A DNA stretch of 64,000 bases from the NCBI GenBank assembly GCA_943787795.1, contig CALSNU010000006.1, forward strand, positions 224,001 through 288,000. The letters run 5' to 3'. A program made the position numbers and the translations under genes. Source of the stretch: an uncultured bacterium (lineage in GTDB: Bacteria > Planctomycetota > UBA1135 > GCA-002686595). Positions 29,626 through 38,322 of this stretch are shown here, piece after piece. Each line of letters starts with the position of its first letter. Position 1 is the stretch's first letter. A model generated the notes under the pieces. It was not told where the DNA came from. It ran no database searches and worked only from the letters and a program-made list of their open reading frames with translations.

Positions 29626-30615
29626 ATGGGCTCAGCGTCGCCGCCGATGCAGGGGCCGCCGGTCGTCGCCATGGGGCGACTGATCCGGGTCGCGCTCTTC
29701 CCGTCCGCCATCAGCGACCTCTTCGTCGGGATCGCCATCGCTCACGTCCTGGACTGGCCGTCCACGGTCCTGCCCTGGCTCTTGATCCCCGCCAGCCTCG
29801 GGGTCTACCACGGGGCCATGGCCCTGAACGACTGGGCCGACCGAGAGGACGACGCTCGCACCCGGCCGGATCGCCCCATCCCCTCCGGCGAGATCCCCGC
29901 AGGTCTCGCGCTGTTCACGAGCCTGGTCCTTCTTCTTGGAGGCCTCATGTGGGCGGGGGCCGCTGGGGCCTTCGCGGGCGTCTGGATGCTCGCCGTCGCC
30001 GCGCTCGCGGTCCTCTACGATCTCATCGGCCGGGGCCCCTTGCTTGGCCCAACGCTCCTTGGGCTCTGCCGGGCCGGCAACCTCGGCGCTGGCCTCATGT
30101 CCCCGTGGCTGGTCGGGTCCACCGAGCAACCACGGCTCGAGCTGCTCTGGCTTGCGGCTCTCTACGGCAGTCACGTGTTCTTCATCTCCAGGCTCGGGAG
30201 ACTTGAGGACGACGAGGACGACGCTCCGCTCGCCGCCCGCCCCACCAACGCGCTGCGCGGGATCACCATCACGCGGCTCCTGATCCCCGTGATCGGGCTC
30301 GCGGTGCTGGGCGCCGGAGCCTCCGGCGGCCCTCCGTCGGGGCCCCTGAGCCTCGGGCTGCTGCTCGCCGCGATCCTTGCCGCGCGCGGTGGCTACCTGA
30401 GCCTCTCGACCATGAGCGAGGGGGCCAAGGCCGGCTGGGACCGGGCCGCGGTCGGTCGCGCCACCGGTCAGAGCCTCCGCGGCCTCCCGATGTTCACCGG
30501 AGCGATCGCCAGCCTCGGCCTCTTCCTCGGCCCGACCTGCCTGCCCGCCCTGCTCTGGGGCCTGTTTGGCGCCTGGCTCTCCGGCAAGCTCCGCGCCCGC
30601 TTCCCGCTCACCTGA
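29626..30615 (+). CDS. UbiA-family prenyltransferase (EboC-like)
   Basis: ALNDWADREDDARTRPDRPIPSG Asp-rich motif; multiple TMs; LGLCRAGN. Confidence 0.85.
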   Translation: MGSASPPMQGPPVVAMGRLIRVALFPSAISDLFVGIAIAHVLDWPSTVLPWLLIPASLGVYHGAMALNDWADREDDARTRPDRPIPSGEIPAGLALFTSLVLLLGGLMWAGAAGAFAGVWMLAVAALAVLYDLIGRGPLLGPTLLGLCRAGNLGAGLMSPWLVGSTEQPRLELLWLAALYGSHVFFISRLGRLEDDEDDAPLAARPTNALRGITITRLLIPVIGLAVLGAGASGGPPSGPLSLGLLLAAILAARGGYLSLSTMSEGAKAGWDRAAVGRATGQSLRGLPMFTGAIASLGLFLGPTCLPALLWGLFGAWLSGKLRARFPLT

Positions 30616-32065
30616 GCTGGTCCCTGGCCCAATCCATGGCCCCGGCACGACTCTCGAACGCTCCCCCGAGGCTCGCGAGCTGAACCCGTCGGAGCAGGGC
30701 ACCGAGCAAGGGGCCCCGGGGCACCCCGAGATCCTGCAGGTCGCCAGCGCTCAGCGTCACCGGGGAGACGGGGGCCCCGGCGTCCAGCTCTTCAAGTTGG
30801 CCTAGCACCACCCGGAGCGCTCCAGCGGCGCCTGCGTTCACGAGGGTCGCCTCGAGGACCAGAGCGAGCTGCGCAGCGGCAGCGCGGGTCGGGCGCCGCC
30901 AGAGCTGAATCAAGCGACCGCGAGCCTCAGCACCCTGGGGCGAAGCAAGGGCTGAAAGAGCCTCGGACCCGGGACGGCCGACCAGCGACCGGAGCTCCAG
31001 GCTCCCGATGGTCACCTCCGTGACCACCCTTCGCTCCTCTCGACTGCAGCGCAGCGCGTCGAGGGACTCGACAAGGCTCAGCGTGGAGGGTCCTTCATCC
31101 CCGGCTTCGGGCTCGCACTCGAGCGGGCCGAAGAGCACCGACAGCCCGATTTCCCAGCGCAGCTGCCGAGCGGGCTCCCCGTGCCCTGCGCCGGCGGCTC
31201 CCGCAATCGCCTCCATCGCAGTGGCCTCATTCTCAGTCGTCTCCTTCACTCCCGCCGCGCCCGCATCCCCCCAATTCACCCCGAGGGCGGCCAGCACTCC
31301 GAGCCGGGCCTCAACCTCCACGACTGTTCCCATCGGGGGCAGCACCAGCTCCGCGTGGCCCCCATCCACGAGGACACGCACGGCGCGGTGAGCGTGGTCA
31401 GCGAGCAGGATCTTCTGCAGCTCATCTCGAACTCGCTCGGCGCTCACGCCCGTGAGCGCCGAGCGCTCCGCCTGCGCGGCAGCGAGGAGGCCCGGGGCGG
31501 GCTGAAGATCGAGGGCCGCGTGGAAGCGCGCCATCCGCAGGATTCGAAGCCCGTCCTCCCGGAACCGGCCGGCGGGGTCGCCCACGGCGCGCAGGACGCC
31601 ACTCTTGAGGTCAGCCAGCCCCCCCGCCGGGTCGCGGATCTCCCCGGACAACGGGTCGAGGTAGAGCGCGTTGCAGGTGAAGTCGCGCCGCTCGGCGTCC
31701 TCCTCCGGCGCCGCGGCGTACACGACCTCGTCGGGGCGGCGACGGTCGGAGTATCCACGCTCCCTCCGGAAGGTGGCGAGCTCCACCTCCTCGCCCCCCA
31801 GCACCACCACGATGATCCCAAAGCTCTTCCCGACCGCCACGGTGCGATCAAACAGCGCCTCGACCTCCTCGGGTCGAGCTGCGGAGACGAGATCCACATC
31901 CTTGATTTCCCGGCCGAGCAGCAGGTCTCGGACGGCCCCGCCGACGATCCACCCACGGTGGCCGCCGCGCTCCAGGGTCCGGCAGATCCCCGTCGCGAGC
32001 CCCGCCCAGCGTTCTGGCAGCAGAGAGACAAGGTCTGTAGGCGGCTTGTTGAGCTCATCCGACAT
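30608..32065 (-). CDS. cca: CCA tRNA nucleotidyltransferase / poly(A) polymerase family
   Basis: VGGAVRDLLLG..KDVD, ELATFRRE, RRDFTCNA, FREDGLRILRMARF, SAERVRDEL. Confidence 0.9.
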   Translation of the reverse strand: MSDELNKPPTDLVSLLPERWAGLATGICRTLERGGHRGWIVGGAVRDLLLGREIKDVDLVSAARPEEVEALFDRTVAVGKSFGIIVVVLGGEEVELATFRRERGYSDRRRPDEVVYAAAPEEDAERRDFTCNALYLDPLSGEIRDPAGGLADLKSGVLRAVGDPAGRFREDGLRILRMARFHAALDLQPAPGLLAAAQAERSALTGVSAERVRDELQKILLADHAHRAVRVLVDGGHAELVLPPMGTVVEVEARLGVLAALGVNWGDAGAAGVKETTENEATAMEAIAGAAGAGHGEPARQLRWEIGLSVLFGPLECEPEAGDEGPSTLSLVESLDALRCSREERRVVTEVTIGSLELRSLVGRPGSEALSALASPQGAEARGRLIQLWRRPTRAAAAQLALVLEATLVNAGAAGALRVVLGQLEELDAGAPVSPVTLSAGDLQDLGVPRGPLLGALLRRVQLASLGGAFESRAGAMDWARDQLR

Positions 32066-32325
32066 GGCCCCTGAATCGTACGCCCTTGATGCCCCGACTT
32101 CCCCATGGGTCCCCCGGAGCCGCGACTCCAGGGGATGATTCTGGGCGCCGCGCCCCCAACATTGCCCGCCATCGGATGGCTCTCTTCGGGGGAGCCTTGA
32201 TCGCCGCGCCCCCAATCCGGCAAGTTGATGACCTCGCCTGCAAGGGCTGCTCCAGGTGGCCCCTCGCATGAGTGTCCCTGGAGTGAGACCGCCACCAGCA
32301 AGGGACCTCGGACCCGAGCCCCACC

Positions 32326-32922
32326 ATGGAACCCGTCCGCATGGATCCAGCCCGCCAAGACAGCAGCCCCCCGGCCGCAACGGAGCCGACCCACTCGTCC
32401 TCCATGCGTGGCGTCCCCGCGGGGCTGCTGGTTGGCGCGATTGCCCTCCTGGTCATCCTCGTCTCCCTCCCACGATTCCACGCCCACGCACTGGACGCGA
32501 ACCGAGCCGACGCCCGAATCACGCTCGACGTCCTTGGCTCCGAGGCCTTCAGTTCAGACTTGCCCGGAGAACTGGGCCTCGCGGACGGGCCCGGCGCCCT
32601 GATTCAGCTGGTGGCGGCCACCCCCTCCCTCGACCACCGATTCCCGGACGCACGACCGTCCGAGGACGCGGGCCAGTTCCTTCATCACGGGTACCGTGTG
32701 GATACGGGTTTTGTCCTGGAGGGCATCCAGTCATGGCCAGCCCTGGTGACCTGGCCTGACACCTACACCGAGTCCGGCGACGCGGCCTTCGCACTCACGC
32801 GGGACGGCCGCCTGTTCGGGCACACCAATGGCGGCCTCTGGTCCGGCGGCGAGAGCGCGCTGCGGACCGTCGACCTCTCCGACGAGGGCTGGACCCTCCT
32901 GCGCCCGGCCCGGGCCGACTGA
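32326..32922 (+). CDS. Pilin-like / DUF2950-like membrane-anchored protein
   Basis: RG followed by a hydrophobic helix, then SLPRF..ANRADA; HGYR..ALVTWPDTY..SGDAAF..DG. Confidence 0.55.
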   Translation: MEPVRMDPARQDSSPPAATEPTHSSSMRGVPAGLLVGAIALLVILVSLPRFHAHALDANRADARITLDVLGSEAFSSDLPGELGLADGPGALIQLVAATPSLDHRFPDARPSEDAGQFLHHGYRVDTGFVLEGIQSWPALVTWPDTYTESGDAAFALTRDGRLFGHTNGGLWSGGESALRTVDLSDEGWTLLRPARAD

Positions 32923-33030
32923 GTCCACCCGAGCTCAGGCCACTCGAGCTCAGTTCACTCGAGCTCAGGCCACTCGAGCTCAGCTCACTCGAGCTGAGTC
33001 CACTCCAGCTGGGTTCACACCAGCTGGGTC
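32919..33030. repeat. 15-bp tandem repeat (consensus CTCAGNYCACTCGAG), 7 units plus a partial one
   Basis: The first unit includes the TGA stop of the upstream gene. Confidence 0.9.
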
Positions 33031-33120
33031 CCCGCGACATGAGCCCCTCCCGACGGCGGCGGAGCTCACCGGCCCCCAAGGTCACTCAAGGCTCGACCTG
33101 GTGCGCGAGACCCAGCCAGA

Positions 33121-33247
33121 GGGGCTCAGCGCGCGAGGCTCAGCGCGCGGGGCTCAGCGCGCGGGGCTCAGCGCGCGGGGCTCAGCGCGCGGGGCTCAGC
33201 CCGGGGGGGTCAGTCCGGGGGGCTCAGTCCGGGGGGGCTCAGCGCGG
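33121..33247. repeat. 14-bp tandem repeat GGGGCTCAGCGCGC, 9 units
   Basis: The last unit contains the minus-strand stop codon at 33239-33241. Confidence 0.9.
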
Positions 33248-36200
33248 AGCCCTGGTTTCCAGGTGGTCGACGAACTCGTTGAAGCCGCGGGCACGGAGCC
33301 CCACATATAGACCCTCAAGCCGACGCTGCGGCGCACCCAGGGCCCAACAACCACCGGTCAAGCACGTGGTGTCGGCCTGGTCCTGACGCTGCAGGAGCGA
33401 GGCCGCGTCCTTCAAGACCTGGTCGGGATCCATGGGGCCCGCGTAGACGCAGGTCAGGTCCCCCTCCGCATCGAGCAGAAAGCCGAGCGGCAGCGGCATC
33501 TGCTCGAAGGGGGCCATCGTCCTGCCCAGGATGAGGTCCAACAGCAGCCGCTCTGTCTTCCCAGCTCTCCCGGACCGTTCGCCGAGACCGAGAGCCACCG
33601 ACGCCGCTCGTGCCGCGTCCGTTGCTCGAACGCCATCCAGCGCGAGCGCGAAGACCGGCAGGCCAGCCTTCTGGAGCGAGGCGAGGTAATGCTGCGACGC
33701 GGGAACCGCGCTGGACCAGAAGACCAGGAACAGCCCTCTGTCTCTGCAGAGCTCGTCCGCCCGTCGAGTCGGCCCTTCGAACGACGGTAGCCTCCACGCG
33801 CCCAAAGGGAACTCGGCGTGCATCGGCACCCGAGTCCTCGGCGGGCCAGCTGCACCGCCTCGAATCACCGGCGCCACCGGCGACGTCAGCGCGGGCAGGG
33901 AGCTCCCCTGTCGATACCGCCTCTTGACCACTCCCGCCCCCCTCTCGAGGCGCCACGAGGACCCGGCCAGCGGCTCCCCCGCCGCCGACTTGAAGGTCTC
34001 TTCGACACCATCGGGCCACTGCACGGCGACCTCCGAGGCGGCGGGCGGGATCTCGCCCTCACCAAGGCCGAAGAAGGCCTCGGGCGGCGAAGAGCCAAGG
34101 AAGCCGTCCCCCGCCACGATGCGGCAGCTGCGGGGAACTCCGCCAACCACCAGCGACACCAGCGCACCGATCCCGTCGCGATTCAGCCCCGATTGCTGGA
34201 GCCTGAACGAGACCGAGCTGCCCTCTGAAGCCCGCCCCTGGAAGACCCGCAGAATGGGCGCGGTTCGGTTTCGGAAGACGAGGTCGAGACGACCGTCGTG
34301 ATCCAGATCACCGACCGCCAGTGACCGCCCGTCATCCGGCATGCCCAGGCCACTGGCGAGCGAGACGTCCTCGAAGCGAAGCCCACCTCGATTCAAGTAG
34401 GCGAAGGTGCGCTCCCGCGCGTTCCAGTCCTGCCTGCCGAACTGAGAGAGCTGCGAGATCACGGACCACGCGCCGAGGTACGCGTCCAGACGTGCGGGGT
34501 CGGGGTCGCCGGCGAGCGGAGTCGACCCCACGACACGGCGCCAGAAGAAGCTCTGCAGATCCGGTCCCCGCCGGCCGCTCAAGAATCCGTTGGGCACGAC
34601 GATGTCGGGCAGCCCGTCTCGATTCCAATCCACGAAGCGCGATCCCCAGGCCCACCCGCCCGGCGCCGCCCCGGTCATCATCGTGAGGTCCTGGAACTGA
34701 CCACCACCCAGCCCACGGAAGATCGAGTTCCCCCTGGCATGCCGAACGAACTCCTCCCGCACCTCGACGGACGTCCCGGGAAGGAATCGAGGGTCGCGGG
34801 TCACCCGGCCGCCGGCCGCCGAGAACATGTTGCTCACGATGAGGTCCCGGATCCCGTCCAGGTCCGCGTCCGCGAGGCTCAGGCCCATGCCGGCCGCCTT
34901 GTCCGTGAGCGGCCCATCCGGCGCGGGTTGAAAGCGACCGCCCTCCGCGAGGTACAGGTTGTTGCGGCCGAAGTCGTTCGCCACGTAGAGGTCCAGGTCG
35001 CCATCTCCGTCGACGTCGTCGAAGACCGAGACCATGCTGAACCGGTCATTATCGACATCGAGCCCGACCGCCCGGTTATCGGAGCGGAAGCCTCGCCGCT
35101 GCGCCGCCTCCGGGTCCGCCGTCAGGTTGCGCCAGAACACGTTGGGCGCACCATTCACCGCGTCGTGGTACGGGGTTGGCGCGGCCGGCCCCTCGCCACC
35201 CGCGCGGAAGTAGCGCGTGTCATAGAGGTCGAGGTCTCCATCGGCGTCGACGTCAGCCGCCGAGATTGAATACACCCGCGCGGCCCCCCCATTGGAGAGG
35301 GCGCTCCGCTCGGTGAAGCGGCCCGCCCCGTCATTCCACGCCACCACCACGTCGGGACCGAGTCCGAGCACCACGTCACGCGAGCCGTCCCCGTCGAGAT
35401 CCGCGATCAGGACCCCGCCAGTCCCCTCGAGCCAATCCAAGCCGCGCCCGGCGCCTTCCTCGCTGAAGGCGCCGCCAGTATTCATCCAGACCAGGTTCGG
35501 CTGGCCCGCAGCCCTCGCCACCACAACGTCATCCCAACCGTCCCCGTCGAGGTCGCCCACCGCGACGCCGTGCATGGCCGTCAAGATGTCGCCGATCGGT
35601 GCGAGGGAGTCTGTTCGTCCGGCGGCTTGAAGCGCGCCGAGGCCCAGACTCCTCGGGTCGTCCACCTCGCGGGTTGCTGCCCCGGCCAGGACGGTGCCGG
35701 TCACGTCGCGAAAGGGAGGATCGAGGGTCGATCGGCTCGTGCGCTCAACCGTGATGGAGGAGATTCTTGCGCGCTTCCCGAGCTGCCAGGTCACATCCAT
35801 GAAGACGTCCCGCTGCTCCCGCGCCCCTGCCGATCCCTCGTCAGGATCGGTTCCCGTGCGCAGATGCACCCGCGTTCGCCCGATCGGATCCGCTCCCGCC
35901 TCGGGCCGCGGCGCGACCACGTCGGTCACGGTCGCCTCGACCACCAGGTCCCCGGCGGCTCCTGGGATCAGCAGGCGCCCTTGGATCCAATCCAGCAGCG
36001 CCCCCCCGTCCAGCGGCGCCACGCCACCGTCTGACGAGGGGATCGTCCCTGAGAGATCACGCGTCACCAACCTTCGCAGTGCGGCGGAGTCGCCGCCCCG
36101 GGCCAGGTGACCAGCGACGTCCTTGAGCAGCCGCTCCGCCGAGCTCGCGAGGAGTTCACCCGGCCAGGGGTCGGCCTGCAGGCCGGGGTTGATGGCCGAC

Positions 36201-36490
36201 GCAATCTGGTCGAAGTCGCCCCTCCGGGCCGGCCCCTGGGCCCGGATGATCTGAGGATCGCCGACGCCCGCCGCGGGCCCCTGCCCGGGCCCCCGATCGG
36301 GCTCCTGGCCGGACTCCTGGCCGGGCGACTGGGCCGTGCCAAGCGCCAGCCGCCCGGCGCCCTCGGACGAGGCACCGCTCGAACTCCCCGTCGCCCCGCC
36401 GCTCGCAGAGGTTGCCGGAGGACCCTCATCGGCGCATGAGCCAGCGAGGCAGAGGAGGGCCAGGGAGGCGCCTATGCGGTGCAACAACAT
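33239..36490 (-). CDS. CRTAC1-like FG-GAP / ASPIC-UnbV lipoprotein with C-terminal thioredoxin-like domain
   Basis: Lipobox LAGSC; repeated DxDGDGxxD FG-GAP motifs; NRDGIGA..FFGLG..VQWPDG (UnbV); start approximate. Confidence 0.85.
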   Translation of the reverse strand: MLLHRIGASLALLCLAGSCADEGPPATSASGGATGSSSGASSEGAGRLALGTAQSPGQESGQEPDRGPGQGPAAGVGDPQIIRAQGPARRGDFDQIASAINPGLQADPWPGELLASSAERLLKDVAGHLARGGDSAALRRLVTRDLSGTIPSSDGGVAPLDGGALLDWIQGRLLIPGAAGDLVVEATVTDVVAPRPEAGADPIGRTRVHLRTGTDPDEGSAGAREQRDVFMDVTWQLGKRARISSITVERTSRSTLDPPFRDVTGTVLAGAATREVDDPRSLGLGALQAAGRTDSLAPIGDILTAMHGVAVGDLDGDGWDDVVVARAAGQPNLVWMNTGGAFSEEGAGRGLDWLEGTGGVLIADLDGDGSRDVVLGLGPDVVVAWNDGAGRFTERSALSNGGAARVYSISAADVDADGDLDLYDTRYFRAGGEGPAAPTPYHDAVNGAPNVFWRNLTADPEAAQRRGFRSDNRAVGLDVDNDRFSMVSVFDDVDGDGDLDLYVANDFGRNNLYLAEGGRFQPAPDGPLTDKAAGMGLSLADADLDGIRDLIVSNMFSAAGGRVTRDPRFLPGTSVEVREEFVRHARGNSIFRGLGGGQFQDLTMMTGAAPGGWAWGSRFVDWNRDGLPDIVVPNGFLSGRRGPDLQSFFWRRVVGSTPLAGDPDPARLDAYLGAWSVISQLSQFGRQDWNARERTFAYLNRGGLRFEDVSLASGLGMPDDGRSLAVGDLDHDGRLDLVFRNRTAPILRVFQGRASEGSSVSFRLQQSGLNRDGIGALVSLVVGGVPRSCRIVAGDGFLGSSPPEAFFGLGEGEIPPAASEVAVQWPDGVEETFKSAAGEPLAGSSWRLERGAGVVKRRYRQGSSLPALTSPVAPVIRGGAAGPPRTRVPMHAEFPLGAWRLPSFEGPTRRADELCRDRGLFLVFWSSAVPASQHYLASLQKAGLPVFALALDGVRATDAARAASVALGLGERSGRAGKTERLLLDLILGRTMAPFEQMPLPLGFLLDAEGDLTCVYAGPMDPDQVLKDAASLLQRQDQADTTCLTGGCWALGAPQRRLEGLYVGLRARGFNEFVDHLETRAPR

Positions 36491-36549
36491 CCCCCGGAGT
36501 CTAGCGCGCCAGACCGCCAGACCCAGGCACCAGACCGCATCGGCGGGAC

Positions 36550-38322
36550 TCAGGCGATCGAGGGACCGAACCAGATCCAGAGCAGGCAGTGGAGACCGGT
36601 CCGCAGCACCCGGTCGGACTCGGAGCGGTAGACCCGCTTCATGACCGGGAGCAAGACCTCTGCGTGACCCATTCGCACGGCCCGATCGGAGGCGTAGAGC
36701 CGCTCATACGGCGACCGTGAAGGATCGTCCAGCACGTCGACCAGCGCCTCAAGCGACTCCAATTCCATGTCCTGCCAGATGAAGGAGATCAGGTCGAGAC
36801 GCTTCATCGCGTCCTCCTCCACCAGGAGCCGGTCCCGCAGGACCTCACGGGACGCTGACCCCGCGTTGAACGCCTGACCCACGCACCATCGGAACCCGGA
36901 GACCCCCCGGATGGGGTTCTCGCCCACAAGGTCCCCCGCGCGCAGGAGAAACTCGCCGCTCTCCCTGCCGGGAATGGCGCCCATCGCTTGAAGGGCCGAC
37001 GTCAAGATCTCGCCCCTGCGGGCGCCAGCCAGCTCCGCCTCGTACACGGCGGCCACGAGGTTGCGGGCCTGGTCATTGGCGGCCGTCCAGCCGTCCATCT
37101 GGTCCCGCATGGCGCGCATACCCAGCCCGCGGTCCACGACGGTGCCCCCGAGGAGCCCCATCAGGAACGCGCGCCCTTCCTCGTCGCGCCGGGCCAGCAG
37201 CCCCTTGAGGGCCACTTCACGGACCTTGGCCTCCTCATCCATGAGGGCGCGCTGGGCCCACTGCACCACGTCCGCCAGCTGGTCCAGGGAGCGCTCCGCC
37301 GCGAACTCCGCGTCGAAGTCCAGAATGCGCTCCAGGGTCTGGGAACGCTCACCGCCATCCACGGAGGTCGCGGCGAGGACGTAGGTGTCGTCGACCAAGC
37401 CAGCCCGCAGAAGGGCCTCGGAGGCGTGATGCCTCGGCATTCGCTGGTCGTGGGCGAGCAGGTCCATCAAGCGCTGTCGCGAGTCTCCGAGCCCAAGCCT
37501 CGCCGCCGGCGCGATGAGATACGCCTCATGCCGAAGCAGGAGGCCGTCCGTCTCCTCGGTGAGCCCCAGGAGCATCGCGGCGACCCCGGGATCCTCGACG
37601 GCGGCCACCAGAGGCGCAGCGGCATCGATCACCGTGGACTCGATGTAGTCGCCCACCCGCTCCGCCCGTGCCACCCACTCCGGGAGCGCCGAGGCGAGGC
37701 GATTCACGTCACAGGCCGCCATGGCGGAGAGCACGCGCTGCACGTGCACCTCCAAACGGAACCCCGACAAGGAAGCGGCGAGCGGGTCGAACAGCTCCGG
37801 AGCGGGGTGCTTCAGGAGCACCAGGACGGCGTCGCCGCGCTGGGACTCCTTGGAGCTACGCAGGGCCTCCAGAGCGATCGGTACGCCCCAGTCATCCTCC
37901 GCGAGCGCGCAGACCGCGAGGACGTTCCGCGCCACGCCCTCGCGCCACTGATCCTTGGTTGCTGATTGGAACAGTCGCCTGAGCGGTTCCGCCGCCTCGT
38001 CCCCAAGGCTCGCCAGGACCGCCGTGGCGCGACGCTTTGGCTCCAGGAGTCCGGTATCGAGCTTCGAGGTCAGCACCTCAGGCAGATCGCTGGTGTCGGC
38101 CTCGAAGGGGGCACCAAAGGCGCACTCCGCGAGGAGCGGGGCGATGCGCTCGTCGGCCTCGTATTGGGCCTCGACGCTCCACCCGCTGTCCTCCGTCGGT
38201 CGCTCCGAGCCCCTCCAGGCGAAGAACGCGATGACCCCGACCAGGACCAGCGCTGCGATCACACCGACCCGCCCTGAGGACCCCGGCCTCTGCAGGCGCG
38301 CGCTATCGGCCCTGGGATTCAT
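36550..38322 (-). CDS. Membrane-anchored HEAT-like helical repeat protein
   Basis: N-terminal TM (IAALVLVGVIAFFAW); helical repeats; overlaps the TolC stop. Confidence 0.7.
   Translation of the reverse strand: MNPRADSARLQRPGSSGRVGVIAALVLVGVIAFFAWRGSERPTEDSGWSVEAQYEADERIAPLLAECAFGAPFEADTSDLPEVLTSKLDTGLLEPKRRATAVLASLGDEAAEPLRRLFQSATKDQWREGVARNVLAVCALAEDDWGVPIALEALRSSKESQRGDAVLVLLKHPAPELFDPLAASLSGFRLEVHVQRVLSAMAACDVNRLASALPEWVARAERVGDYIESTVIDAAAPLVAAVEDPGVAAMLLGLTEETDGLLLRHEAYLIAPAARLGLGDSRQRLMDLLAHDQRMPRHHASEALLRAGLVDDTYVLAATSVDGGERSQTLERILDFDAEFAAERSLDQLADVVQWAQRALMDEEAKVREVALKGLLARRDEEGRAFLMGLLGGTVVDRGLGMRAMRDQMDGWTAANDQARNLVAAVYEAELAGARRGEILTSALQAMGAIPGRESGEFLLRAGDLVGENPIRGVSGFRWCVGQAFNAGSASREVLRDRLLVEEDAMKRLDLISFIWQDMELESLEALVDVLDDPSRSPYERLYASDRAVRMGHAEVLLPVMKRVYRSESDRVLRTGLHCLLWIWFGPSIA

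Noticed and set aside
32919..33247. Possible CRISPR array
   Set aside because: Units are 14-15 bp and head-to-tail with no unique spacers; no cas genes in the window.
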